DNA of 62,640 nt, counting the filler, from Basidiobolus ranarum (taxonomy: Eukaryota), in the NCBI GenBank assembly GCA_040143965.1. It is 13 parts of 13 records of this genome, joined end to end, with 100 filler letters (N's around TTAATTAATTAA, not from the genome) between each part and the next. Parts side by side here need not be neighbours in the genome. Positions count along the whole stretch, not along the records: positions 24,193 to 28,922 come from JASJQH010008723.1; positions 29,023 to 33,748 come from JASJQH010008724.1; positions 33,849 to 38,570 come from JASJQH010008725.1; 10 more parts are not named here. One strand, given 5' to 3'. Position 1 is the stretch's first letter; every line of letters begins with the position of its first letter. The notes beneath the pieces are model-generated. The model worked only from the letters and a program-made list of their open reading frames with translations. It made no database searches and was not told where the DNA came from. Below are positions 24,193 through 37,209 of this stretch, one piece after another. The position numbers were made by a program, and so were the translations under genes.

Positions 24193-26614
24193 CCCTCAGT
24201 GGTGTCACACTACCAGGATGTACAAAAATAGTCAAGGTGCTTGAGAAGTATTTACATAAGTATGAAGGAAAAAATGCAGTGCATGTACGCAGAATGTGGC
24301 TTCAGAAGAAGAACATTCTACTTGACATTCAGTCTGGTGTTGACTGCGCAGATATCTGGGAAGAACTTAATACAGAGTGGCATAATATTGCAGGGTATCT
24401 GCCAGATAGCTGGAAAAATGTTGATTCAGCAACCAATACAATTGTGGGCTTTGATGGAGATATTGCCACAAGCTTGTGTTGGGTATGAGCTAAACCTTGG
24501 GTATGAAGAACTCTATAAAAATATTCAGGAGAATATATCAAAGAGACTAGGCATTTCAAAGGTGACAAATTAGCATTCAAGTGGTAATTGTGTAAAATTT
24601 GAGATACACTTTTAGCACATGTGTTGCTCCATAGTTCTCTGAGACTTTAGCCAATCATTTGCAACTATTTTGTGAGATCTTGAAATTTCACTCCTGAAAC
24701 TGAAAAAATTGATTAAAATCTTATCTAACTTGGCAATTTTATGATGGTAAGTAAACAGTCATTCCCAAATGGATTAAAATTGTGATGGTTTTCCTACAAT
24801 AACAATCCTCACATTTCTGTTAGGGTTATAGTTGCTGCTTAAACCCTAAAACAACTACAGCATAGTAATCAATTGTTGAGCAAAGTTCAACCAAAACACT
24901 CTCAAGACCATCAACTTCCAAAATTGCTACTTTGCCCACAATTGAACAACTCTTCATAGAAGATTTGAATAACATTATTACAACAAGGCAATTGCAGGCA
25001 GAGCACCACAATGATTTGTATGCAATCATAACTAAAAACTACAAAGTTGCTATACTGGCCATGACTAGCAATAATGCTGCAATATTACAATCAATGCAGT
25101 GTTTGGAGGCAACTAGTCAACAGTCAGAGCGTCACTCAACAATGATACAAGACCATCAGATTGCTGTACTTGAGCCACAGTAACATGCTGCTCCCTCCAT
25201 CCATTCTCATGTGGGATTTCAATCAATCACACACCTTACATATGAGCATCACCATGACCATCTAGGAGAGCAAAATATATGTTGGATCATTAAGCATACA
25301 CAATGATCCGAAATTGCTTGGGCACATGAAAGTAGAAATCTCATAGGAAAAGCAGCAAACCAAAGGACTCTGAATGTCAGAGCCACCATCACTTACTCTG
25401 ATAATGAGTGGTTCAATATTTGGGAAAATGTGCAGAATCTTGCCCAAAATCACTTGGATTTGAGCCAATTGTGAAAAAACTAAAAACCAGGCATTACTCT
25501 GAAGGTTCTTGACTTATTTCATGTGGCTTATCCTGGGTTTTTGCTAGCAAATGGCAATTGCACTAGTATAGAACTACACATGAAACATCTCAAAAATGTA
25601 TGCAATCAATGACTTAGAAAAGAAAGAAAAGCACTGAAGAAGTACTGAATGAGCAGGAAGTATGTAAACCCAAGGGAAAAGAAAAGGAGCCAGTGAGCTT
25701 AGGCTCTACTGACCCACTTACCAAATTCTTCACACCGTTACAAAGATCTGCATTTTCAGAGTCAGATATACTGGCAAAAAAGCTTAATTTCACCATGGAA
25801 CTGGGTACACCAGTTGGAAGAGTGCTAAATTTGGAAGTTTATCCAATACCTAGCACCTTTCAACAAGCCAAACCACCAACAAATAAAACTCATGGCTCTC
25901 CAACCTCAACTGGTACTTTTCAAAGTGTTGAAATTAGCCACAAAGGTAAAGGCAAGCAAAAATCTGCACAAACGCCACAGAGCACCCTCAGTAGTGTCAC
26001 ACTACAAGGATGTATAAAAATAGTCAAAGTGCTTGAAAAGTATTTTCAAAAGTATGAATGGAAAAACGCAGTTCAAGTATGCAGGAAGTAGCTTCAGAAG
26101 AACATTCCACCTGACATTCAGTCTGGTGTTGACCATGCAGATATCTGGGTAGAACTTAATGCAGAGTGACACAATATTGCAGGGTATGCACTAGATAGCT
26201 GGAAGAATGTTGATTCAGCAATGTTAATACAATGGTCGGCTTTGAAGGAGATATAGATACAAACTTGTGTTGGATATGAGCTAAACCTTCGGTATATAAC
26301 AACTCTATCAAAATTTTCAAGAAAATATATCAAAGTGACTAGGGATTTTGAAGGTGACAAATTAGCATTCAAGTGGTAATTGTATAAAATTTCAGTTACA
26401 TTATTTGCACATGTGTTGATCCACAGTTCTCTGAGATTTAACCAATCATGTGCAACTATTTTGCAAGATCTTGAAACTACACTCCTTAAACTGAAAAATT
26501 GCTTAAAATCCATTCTAACTTGACAATTTTATGACAGTGAGTAAATGGTGAATGCCAAGTGGATTAAAATTGTGATGGTTTTCCTACAAAAACAAACCTC
26601 AAATTTCTGTTAGG
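24193..26614 (+). mobile_element. Two successive CMC ORF2 relics, each ending at end B (TTTCTGTTAGGG at 24825; TTTCTGTTAGGA near 26614)
   Basis: WLQKKNI.LDIQSGVDCADIWEELNTEWH.IAGY in both copies; same terminus as 54112 and 61609. Confidence 0.8.
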
Positions 26615-26619
26615 ATGAT

Positions 26620-28200
26620 ATGTTCTCCTGTATGTTTTAATAGAGTTCTTCATACCCAAGTTTAGCTCATAACCAACACAAGTTTATATCTATATCTCCA
26701 TCGAAGCTCACCATTGTATTTACATTGCTGAATCAACATTCTTCCAGCTACTGAGGTTGATTTGTGGTGTTTGTGTGGCTTTTTGCTTGCCTTTAAGATT
26801 TGGGCTAATTTCAACATTTTGAAATGTAACTGTCAATGTTGGATAGCTGTGAGTTTTATTTGCTGGTGTTTAAGCTTGCTATGAGATGCTAGGTGTTTAC
26901 TACACTTTCAAATTTTGTGCTCTTTCACCTGGTGTATCTGGTTCCATGGTAAATTAAGCTTTTTGCCAGTATATCCAACTCTAGAAATAAAAATCCTCAT
27001 AATGGTGTGAAGTATTTGATAAATAGGACAGTAGAGCAAAAACTCACTGGCTCCTTTTCTTTTCCCTTGGGTTTACCAACTTCCTGATCCTTGAGTACTT
27101 TATTAGCTGCTTTTCTTTTTTTTCCAAGTCAATAATTTCATACATTTTTGAGATGTTTCATGAATAGGCCTATACTAGCCCAATTGCCCATTTGCTTGCA
27201 AAAGCCCAGGATAGGGCACATGATAAAAGTCAAGAACCTTTAGAGTAATGCCTGATTTTTGGTTTTTCCTCAATTGGCTCAAATCAAGGTGCTTTTGGGT
27301 AAGATTCAACACAGTTTCCAAAATTTTAAACCATGCATCATCAGAGCTAGTGATGGCAGCTCTGACATTCAGAGTCATTTGGTTTGATGGTTTGTTTATA
27401 ACTTTCTACTATCTTATACCCAAGCAATTTTGGGTAGTAGTGTAGGCTTAATGGTCCAACACATATTCTGCTCTGCTGGATTGTCAAAGTGACATTCCTA
27501 TATATGATGTGGGATTGATTGAAATCCTGTATGAAAATGGAAGGGAGGGTGCATCATGTTGCTGTGGCTTGAGTACAGCATTCTGAAGTACATGTTTCAT
27601 TGCTGAGTGACTCTCTAATTGCCGACTAGTTGCTTCAAAATGCTGCATTATTTGCAATATTGTGGCATGATGACTTATCATGGCCTGTTTAGCAGCTTTG
27701 TAGTTGTTACTTATGATTACATACACATCATTACAGTGCTCTACTGGCAAATCCCTTCTTGTAAGAATTCTATCCAAATTCTCCATGGAGGGTTGTACAA
27801 TAGTTCACATAGTGGCCATTTTGGAAGTTAATAGTCTTTACAGCATTTCTGTTATACTTTGTTCATAAATTGATTTTTTATGTAAAAGGGGGATTACAAT
27901 CTCTTTGCTTCCAATTATTGCAGCAAAGGAACACATGGGGTAAATTGATTAATGATCCTTCATTACTTGAGTCACTTTCTGACATGACAATGGCTTCCCA
28001 AGTGGATAGTAGATTGCTAGACTGCTCATCAATTAAGTCTTCTGTTTTTGCCGGTTTTTTTCCTTTTGTGCCTGCAGACTTTTACCTGGAAACCAATTTT
28101 GATTTACATTTTAAATGCATTTTGAATGGCATTGAAATTATCTGATGGTAAACTTGGTGTAACAAAATTGCTTTGAAACATCTTATAATAAACCAAAATT
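26620..28200 (-). mobile_element. Inverted CMC ORF2 relic with internal deletion
   Basis: Reverse-complement homology to 15905-17266 and 24900-26310. Confidence 0.8.
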
Positions 28201-28363
28201 GCCATCCATTAATGGAAATACTATATAAACCCTTGATGACTCATCTGTGATGCCATCTCAGAATTAGCTGATAATACTGATGAGCTATATCTAATATGCC
28301 ACACCGACATAGGATGTGTTCTTTTTTCACAATATCCTTTTCATGCTGTAACAAAAATGTTGA

Positions 28364-28922
28364 CCCCAACAAAGAAAATTGATTTAAACCAGATCTGATC
28401 TACCCTTTGAAAGAGCAATATCATCAGAGAACTGTCACAATATTGGTGGCTTGCATTCTGCCAGGGATTTTGATGGTGTGAAGGCAGTTTCTTGATGGTA
28501 TTTTGATAGTATTCATACATGATAAAATATTGATCCTCAAATTCTGCATTCTTAATTCTCTATCCAGCAATTTTTGCAAAAATGTATAATTTTTGAATAG
28601 CATATTACTGGGTTTACTACTGTAGGAATTCAAATCTTTATGCATGCCTTTATTATATATTTTAGGCTTTGTATTCCAGCCATAATGAGAATCAAAAAAT
28701 ACAACAATCTTGTTGTGTTAAGTCTCTACATATGCACATACTTGACTGATTAGACATAACTCAACAACATCAATATGCCTTACCAGCAAACTAATGGTTG
28801 AAAAATTGTTAAACATCTGAAATTTTGAATAGCACTGACACTTGGCAAATAGCTTACTTTTGTTACTATTTGCAATGAGAATAAGCTCTTGGATTTTGGC
28901 AAATTTCCATAAAGAATTCAGA
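28364..28922 (-). mobile_element. CMC end A and transposase tail (inverted copy)
   Basis: Begins CCCCAACAAAGAAAATTGATTT (degenerate CCCTAACAAAAAT); homologous to the reverse complement of 19360-19802. Confidence 0.75.
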
Positions 28923-30273
28923 NNNNNNNNNNNNNNNNNNNNNNNNNNNNNNNNNNNNNNNNNNNNTTAATTAATTAANNNNNNNNNNNNNNNNNNNNNN
29001 NNNNNNNNNNNNNNNNNNNNNNAAAACGATGCATAGCTCCGGCTTATTCCAGGATATGTTTAAGTTTTTTCATAAAGGGCGATTACCGACACATGAAGTC
29101 CGCTAACCTATCAATAATTGCCAAGTGATGTACAACTACTGGGTTTATCGATGCTTTACAGAATCAGCATACTTTAAAATCGATAGATAGCTGTTTCATA
29201 ACTCTGCAAAGATGCCTGTCTGTTCGTCCTGGTAACATCCATTGTGATCATATGGCATTTGTCAATTTTAGCTGATAGTTATTCTACTTGTCGGAAATTC
29301 AGTTAATATTAAAGCAAGCATATTCCAGGAGAGCCACGAACACCTGTTTAGTCCATGAGTTAGACTAGAGTATCACAAGTCACAATAGATTCAGCACTAT
29401 CTCTTGAACAGTCTTTGAGAGTTCGCTAGTGCATTGTTGCTTCGCCACGTATTTTAAACCCTATATCTGTCAATCACTCACTTGGTCTGCCGAGAGATTA
29501 TTGGATAGTTTAAGTGTGTGAAAATAGGCTTAGGCACAAGGATTTTGTTGTGGCGTAACATATGACATTGGATTCGATAATCTAAAAACTTGTCTTTACA
29601 CAGACCCACGTACCAACCTGACTAATTTCAATCAAACCAATTTAATATGTTGCCTAGTAACCCTAACATTCGAATATATGTTGCAACTATTGTAGCAGAT
29701 ACGATATTCTATAAGAATCATGAGCCAGAGGATCTTCATTGGTTATAAGGAATTCCGCTACCTGGCCTAGTTTAGCTCAAACACACTTGTCCTTTGGAAC
29801 GTGATCACTCGAAGATTGGGTTTTTTGATAGGCACTAGTCGCATATACTGAGCACTTTTTTATTTGGATTTACAAATCATGATATCGATAAGGCAAGCAG
29901 TAATAAAGTACTAATGCCAATTACAGACCTATTACAGGAGATCATCTAATACAATTTGGATTTATCTGCTAGTTTCCAACCTGCTAGATAATAGCTGGTA
30001 ACGCCAATGGATTAGCTTTGGTTTCATTTGTCTTGTAATTTCCTTGTATTTCCTCCTCCAGGCTCTATAAGCTACCAAAGTTGTCTATGTCTAGGTATGA
30101 TTATTAGTTGACAAAATTCTTTCACTATTTTTCACCGTTCCATTACTGTCGAAGTTCTAAGATCCCTGCAATTTTGAAATAGCTATTCTCGCAGGAGTCT
30201 TTTGCAATGATTCCCAACATGCTTAACAGGATTAAGATCTAGAGATTATGAATGCAAAAGTTAGGTTAGTCAT

Positions 30274-30613
30274 TGTTGAAATTAGTGTAGCCTAAACATT
30301 CATATAGTCATATATAGCTTAGTATTTAGTTATTCCATATTGAACTATGATATCACCTCAAGAGGAATTTACTTAGAATATTTGTACCAACTTAGAAGTT
30401 CTCAGATATATAGATTATTCAAACTTGTGCTAATAGCCCCAAACTTTGCATACACGTTCCTGGGACCTTCTTTAACACATTATACATGTCTGTTTATTGA
30501 CTTCTTGACAAAACTATAAATGTCAACTTTCTACTCAATAAATCAGTAAGTGAAAACCATTAATTCTTTAGTTCTCCAAACTACTTCCGACAAACTCTCA
30601 GAATACTTCCACA
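30274..30613 (+). mobile_element. Copia family A solo LTR
   Basis: TGTTG...CCACA termini, imperfect 5-bp TSD GTCAT/ATCAT, homologous to 39560-39906. Confidence 0.88.
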
Positions 30614-31128
30614 ATCATTATCCCCAGTTATCTTTGTATAGAGGTATTGGCATCTGTACTATAGATATGGACCGTTGCTGAACTGGAGTATAATTGCCAT
30701 AGAGTTCATCTCCCAGTCACCAAGAATAGCTAAGTCTTTAAAATGTTGATATATTGTATACATTCAACTCGGCATGCTATATATATATACGTATGCAACC
30801 TCATTTCCGGTACCTCCATCTCCTTATTTCATGGTTCCAACTGATGTACTTCTTGTGACTGCTGTATATTTAATTTCCAGGTATATTGGATACTATTCGG
30901 ACAAATTCTACTTAGCCATCATTATTCAGGGCTCTATACTCTGTGATCAAGTAAACTAGAGTTTGTCAAGTCTGACTTGCAGCTTAAGTCTGAGGATTTT
31001 TACAGCTCTTGGCCATCTTGATTTCATTATAACTTTATACTCAGGATTTTGTATGATACTTTTTTATTCAGATAAGAAACCATTTCTCAATAAGATCATA
31101 CTACATCCTGACATCTCCTGACCATATT

Positions 31129-31310
31129 GGACTTATTCCATTGTGCCAGGATTTATCGGACCTTGGCTCAATATATTAGAGTAATTGTGATTGTAATTGA
31201 TTATGCCAGAGGGTGCTGGATAGTGCCAAATTGTGCCACATAAATTTTATAGTACTTTATCCAATATGACATATACAGCACAATCTGGCACTATCACAGA
31301 GAACAAGTCC
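31129..31310 (-). mobile_element. 182-bp MITE, inverted copy, TSD ATT
   Basis: ATT-GGACTTATTC...GAACAAGTCC-ATT. Confidence 0.9.
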
Positions 31311-32340
31311 ATTTATCTGATAAAATGAGTTCAACATTTGCTTGACTGGATATTAGGGTTTTATATTAATTGTTGCCTGCTCATGTCTACATGGTTAACA
31401 ATGTTTATCTATGAATTGAATTCGTATACATATTTAACCAACAAATTGTCTACTTTTTTTTAGATTTTCACTCCCTCATTTATAACTAGATTAAGCCATT
31501 GTACATGCAAGTTCTTATGGTCAATACCTGTGAGGACTTTCAATATTCAGGTTAATGGTAAATACGTATATATAGTGTAAGAGAAGATTGTTGATGTTTT
31601 GAAATTTCAGGTAGGAAGTTACATCTTGATGAATTTGTTGTTAACAAATCATTTAGAATCAAAATCTTAATCCCTATACTCAGATTGCTATTCCTAATAC
31701 TGGAATTATAATCTGACATATTGTCCACAAAAACATAATTTACAATATTGACTGTCTCAAACTCTGATTCAAAACCATTTGTCATATGAGCAACCTACCT
31801 AATCTAAGGGATGCTTATGTGACATGATTGACTATAGTTCCGATAGCATTGAACGAACTAATTCGCTTTCTAATAACTTTGGTGGAACCCTTCATCCTTT
31901 TTCCATCTCCGTTCTTGGACGTTTATGACTTGGTGCTACCACACTCCTGAGCTTCACTATACATCTTGTCCAATATCTCGAGGAATATTGCCAGTACTTC
32001 AAACATCAATTTAGAGAGCACGTGTTAGTAATGATGAAAATGTAGTGGTCCTTGAGATACGAAGAGACCCTTTGATATATTTTTTCTACATCAAGAAACA
32101 CGAAGTCTGAAATATAACACTAAATCCGTCAAGTTAAGAAAACGGGATCATTAAAACTAATTTCATAAAATCCATATTTATTTATGTCCAAAGCTTTATT
32201 AGTCTTAGAAACGATAATAAACCAAGATAGAGACAGTGGATATTACTATAATGTACCAAATTTGTGAAAATTTATTACATTTAAACGATACTTCTGCAAC
32301 TACGCAATTTGTATACTTGATTAATTACAACTCTGACAAA

Positions 32341-32775
32341 TTACAATCTGATCAATAAGTGAACCTCTCCGACAGATTTTCCGTGCTTGTTCTGTAGAGT
32401 ATACCATCTGTCAACAGCTCCTTGACTAGCAACGTCTTGAAGGGAGACAATGGTGCTTCCGACCTTGTCAGTATCCATACCCATCATTTCACGGTCTAAA
32501 AGTTCAACGTGAAGTTCACTATGGCTGTTATCAAACTTTAAGTTGAATGACTCGTTGTAGATAGGGTTAGCGTCATTCTTCTTAGCAGAGGTCTTTTCCT
32601 TGGAAGTAATACCGTGACCGGTGTAGAGCTTGAAGATAGGATCAATTTTGTCGAATAAGTCATTGTTCTTCAAATTACGACCTTCGACTAAACAAAATAA
32701 CTTTGTAAGCAGGGCAGAACATTAATACTGTGTGAACTTGAAAACTCACTTACCAACAGTTACTTGAACGGACAT
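32341..32775 (-). CDS. Small single C2-domain protein; exons 32775-32754 and 32687-32341
   Basis: Spliced product MSVQVTVVEGRNLKNNDLFDKIDP...NPIYNESF...VELLDRE....DKVG...WYTL....GEVHL. Confidence 0.9.
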
Positions 32776-33490
32776 GTTATGGAATTTGATAGAGGAAATA
32801 TAGACTGAAACTGATTTTTAAGAAGGCATATCGTGGTGCTTTTATAGTATCGTCTAAGCCACCTGGATGAATCGATGCCCCCGAATCAATAATTTGGCTT
32901 GTAATTTATCTATACAATAACATATATATTAGAGTTCTACCTTTTTCAAACATCAATACCATCATTATAGAGGCCTTAAAAATGGAAGAATCTAGAAAAG
33001 CATACGTAAGTCATGATAGCATTTTGTAGAGAAAGCCAATAGGGGATATCATTGAACTAGAATCTATTTTAGGGACGAGTGTTTGTTACACCGTGTATGA
33101 CGTCTACGCACTCTCCTTTGGTCACGATACTTCTATCCTGGTAAATACGTATGCGTGTATGAATAATGAGGTAAAAACATGATTTACACACAAATGATCT
33201 TGTTTAGCATACGCATATGCAATACACCATTCATATGCTTAAATGAGTTTACTGAGTATTTACACTGGTGATCATCTATGAAGCAATACGCAGAGGCGAT
33301 CCTGCGTTATCCATGAGCTATACGAATCCATAGGGCTAGAGATGCATCTTGGAAGCCTTATGATGCAGGACTATGATGAATGCAAGAGGAATACACGCGT
33401 CGATGTACTTGAACTCAAATACAAACACGGTATATAAAGAGATAGAACCCAGATCAGATTTCTTTAATCTAGACCTTCCTCTTACCCAAC

Positions 33491-33748
33491 ATGCATTTTA
33501 TATATATCTTTGTGATCTTTTCTTCTCTAGGCGTTTTGCTTCATGCCTTTCCACTGCGTAATTTCAAGATGAAGGATTTAACATCTGCAAGGATCCAGGA
33601 TTTGGCGGATATTCGCATTACAAAAAGTGAAGGGGATGACCACAACAATGACGGAACCGGTGGGTATCTTGATTTCCAATTCAAGAATGGCCAATGCACT
33701 GATTGGGCTGATGCTCGTTACTTCGAGTTAACTGGGCACCATATTGAC
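33491..33748 (+). CDS. Secreted protein with a probable CHAP (Cys/His amidohydrolase) domain, 3'-truncated
   Basis: Signal peptide, then FKNGQCTDWADARY...TG, resembling the CHAP catalytic-Cys motif GQCTWY...R. TATATAAA about 55 nt upstream. Confidence 0.6.
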
Positions 33749-33848
33749 NNNNNNNNNNNNNNNNNNNNNNNNNNNNNNNNNNNNNNNNNNNNTTAATTAA
33801 TTAANNNNNNNNNNNNNNNNNNNNNNNNNNNNNNNNNNNNNNNNNNNN

Positions 33849-34578
33849 ATGGGAAACAATCGGTACATACGTTCTCGTGTTTTTGACACGTTTCACACTG
33901 TACCAAACGAAGGTGCCCTTCTGGAGAACAATCGAGACAACGTCCTTCTCCGCAATTACTGCAGCAAATAGTGGAATTTTGATAGTTCTTGGTCAATACA
34001 TCAATGTGAAAGTTTGGGTAGCTAGTTAGTCGTATCAAACTATTTCGCAAGGCTGGCAGTAACCAAGAAACAACTCCGGAATAATGTCGTCTAAACTCTA
34101 CTTCTGTTGGATGGCCGAAAAACTGTAATATTCGAAAGGTTCTAAAGCTGCGGTGATGCTTGTGTAAACATTGTTGAAAGAAAGAAACCAACCCAATGAT
34201 ATCTATTCGATTGCAATTAAGTATGGAGAGCTTACTCAGCTGTGTACATGTTTTGAATATAATGTCAAAACACCTAGTGGTGACTTCTGTGTTGTTGAAT
34301 GAAAGGTGGGATATTAGAAAGGCAGAATTAGCCAAAAATCCAGACTGAAAGGCTTGAATAATCTTGGCCTCAATCTGGTCAAACCGTTGGTCAGAGTTGT
34401 CCAAATCACTCACTCTAAAGAGGGGGAGATTTAGGTTGACTTTTTTCCAACAGTTACTTTGGGAAACAGCAAAATGAAGGTTTTTACAAGTAAGGGCGAC
34501 ATGGATGATATCGGGGATTGAAAGGTTTTGACAGACAAGGTCCAAAATCTCTTGAGAAAGTGTAGACAACGATTGCAT
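33849..34578 (-). CDS. F-box protein with an LRR-like segment and Cys-rich C-terminus, 3'-truncated
   Basis: LSTLSQEILDLVCQNLSIPDIIHVALTCKNL......W F-box; CTQLSKLSILNCNRI LRR; CxxC pairs. Confidence 0.85.
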
Positions 34579-35183
34579 GAGATGTAAATGTTAAAAAAGG
34601 AATTGAGCAAACCCAGTACTTTTAAAGAGACAATAATTGATCGTGACTGGACAAAATTACACCTCGCAACATGGATCTAATCGAAACCCCATCGGCGCCA
34701 ACGAAGACGCCAATCGCTCAGATGCTACAAATATTAACTGCTTTTAGTTGGTTTTGGCTGGCTTGGCTTAGAAATGCTAGAAATATCGGATCGAGCTTCG
34801 ATTGGCCTATATCCAATTCACTTGCATTTACCATAATGTGCATGGGGCATCTCTATGCAGAAGAGAGTCCAATTTTTTTCGACTTTTATGTATGATTTGT
34901 TCCTGATTGAATCACGTTTGACATCTCCTGATCCAGGAGCGAATTTGAACGGATTGAGATTGTTTTACTCAGCTGATCTACATACACGTACTCTCATGTT
35001 GCTATCATTATCGATAGAATGGTCATAAGAATCATTATCTTAAACATCATATTTATTCAAATTTTAACAGAAATACATAGTGAAAATAAATAGTAAGAAG
35101 ATGTATTTGTAGGTATAACAAGTGTACTTGAAAGTCATCAGTATATTTCAATGTCTTGGCTTGGTAACCGTAAAAGATTACAG

Positions 35184-37209
35184 CTAATCGTGCTCGGGAA
35201 CTTCTTCGGAGGCACCAGCTTCAGCTTCACCGTAAAGCTTACTGGTTATAGGATTGACAACAGCTTCTAGTTCAGCTTTTTGTTCATCTATATCTTCTTT
35301 GGTGGCAGAGGAGGCATGCTCTTCTAACCAATCAACCTTGGTCTTAATTGTGTCTAAAATTTTGGTCTTGTCTTCCTCTGAAAGTTTTCCTCCCAATTGA
35401 GACTCATCACTAACTTGATTCTTTAGTGTATACAGTAAATTCTCAAAGCCATTCTTAGCCTCAATACGATCCTTCAATGCCTTATCTTCATCAGCAAACT
35501 CCTCAGCCTCGCGGACCATTCGTTCTATTTCTTCTTCCGACAATCTCTCCTTATCATTAGTAAGAGTGATTGACTCTGTTTTTCCGGTGGCCTTATCAGC
35601 AGCAGAAACTTTGAGAATGCCGTTTACATCAAACTCAAAGCTGACTTCAATTTGAGGAACTCCGCGAGGGGCTGGTGGGATTCCAGTAAGTTCAAACTTT
35701 CCAAGAAGGTTATTATCTTTGGTCAATGGTCTCTCTCCTTCGTAAACTTGAATCAAGACAGTAGGCTGATTGTCAACGGCGGTGGAGAAGATCTGGGATT
35801 TTTTGGTAGGTATGGCAGTATTACGAGGAATCAATTTGGTCATAACTCCACCGGTAGTTTCAATACCAAGGGTAAGTGGATTAACATCCAACACCACTAA
35901 ACTTTCGACACCCTCATCTCCAGATAAGATTCCCCCTTGAACGGCAGCTCCATAAGCGACGGCTTCATCGGGATTTATTCCTTTAGAAGCCTTTTTCCCA
36001 TTGAAGAAATCTTCCAACAAAGTTACCACCTTAGGGATACGAGTAGATCCGCCCACCAGAATAATGTCATGAATATCTGTCTTTGACAAGCCAGAATCTT
36101 TAAGAACTTGTTCCACTGGTTTGATGGTCTTTTTGAAAAGATCATTATTCAATTCTTCGAATTTCGCACGGGTCAAAGTCTCAGAGAAATCCTCTCCGTC
36201 AAAGAAGGACTCAATCTCAACTCGTACTGACATTTGTGAAGATAATGTACGTTTTGCTTTCTCAACCTCTCGCTTCAACTTACCCATAGATTTCAAATCT
36301 TTAGTGGCGTCTTTCTTGGTTTTCTTCTTGTATTGTTTGACAAAGAAATCGATCACACGATTATCGAAATCTTCACCTCCAAGATGTGTATCACCAGAAG
36401 TTGCAAGTACTTCGAATACTCCATCATCAATGGATAGAAGGGAAACATCAAAAGTTCCTCCACCCAAATCGAAAACTAGGATATGATGTTCGCCTTCGGA
36501 TTTATCCAAGCCATAGGCAATGGCAGCTGCAGTGGGTTCACTGATAATGCGTAATACGGTAAGCCCAGCAATTACACCAGCATCCTTAGTAGCTTGACGT
36601 TGAGCGTCATTGAAGTAAGCTGGCACTGTAACTACAGCATGTGTCACTTTTTTCCCCAAATAAGCCTCAGCAGTGTCTTTCATTTTACTCAAAATCATGC
36701 TTGAAATTTCCTCGGGAGTGAAGATTTTATCCTCTCCTTTAACCTTGACCTTAATGTTGGGTTTTCCTTCGTTATCAACCACTTGAAATGGAAAGTGTTT
36801 AAGATCATCTTGGACTTCCTTTTCATTAAACCGACGACCAATTAAACGTTTCGCGTCAAATATGGTGTTAGTGGGATTAGAAGGAGCCTGATTCTTGGCT
36901 GCATCCCCAATTAAACGCTCTTCATCTGTGAACGCAACATACGAAGGGGTAATACGATGACCTTGATCGTTAGCGATGATCTCAACATGACCATTCTTAT
37001 AAACACCAACACAAGAGTAAGTGGTGCCAAGATCGATTCCGATCACTACAAACATCGATGAAAACGTTAGAAAGATCAATAGAAATGGGCCATCATTACT
37101 TACCAGTTCCATAATCTTCCCTGGTCTCGTTCTCAGTACATTCCACCAAGAAAATCGAGAGGATAAAGAGAAAAGGAATCAAAAAAGTAGAAAACCGGAG
37201 TTTGAGCAT
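35184..37209 (-). CDS. KAR2: ER Hsp70 BiP; exons 37209-37104 and 37045-35184; ends ...EHD-TAG, followed by CTG-TAA
   Basis: Signal peptide exon [26 protein letters not shown], then [14 protein letters not shown] and all Hsp70 motifs, with BiP-type [15 protein letters not shown] and [15 protein letters not shown]. Confidence 0.95.

Noticed and set aside
35184-35186. Genome-wide TAG-to-Glu reassignment
   Set aside because: Other genes (ending at 7719 and 7911) terminate at TAG at their expected C-termini, and no other in-frame TAG was seen in conserved genes.
35652-36486. Plus-strand ORFs opposite BiP (also those opposite RPP0, PRX1, PRO1 and antizyme)
   Set aside because: Typical antisense ORFs of conserved genes, with no independent coding signal.
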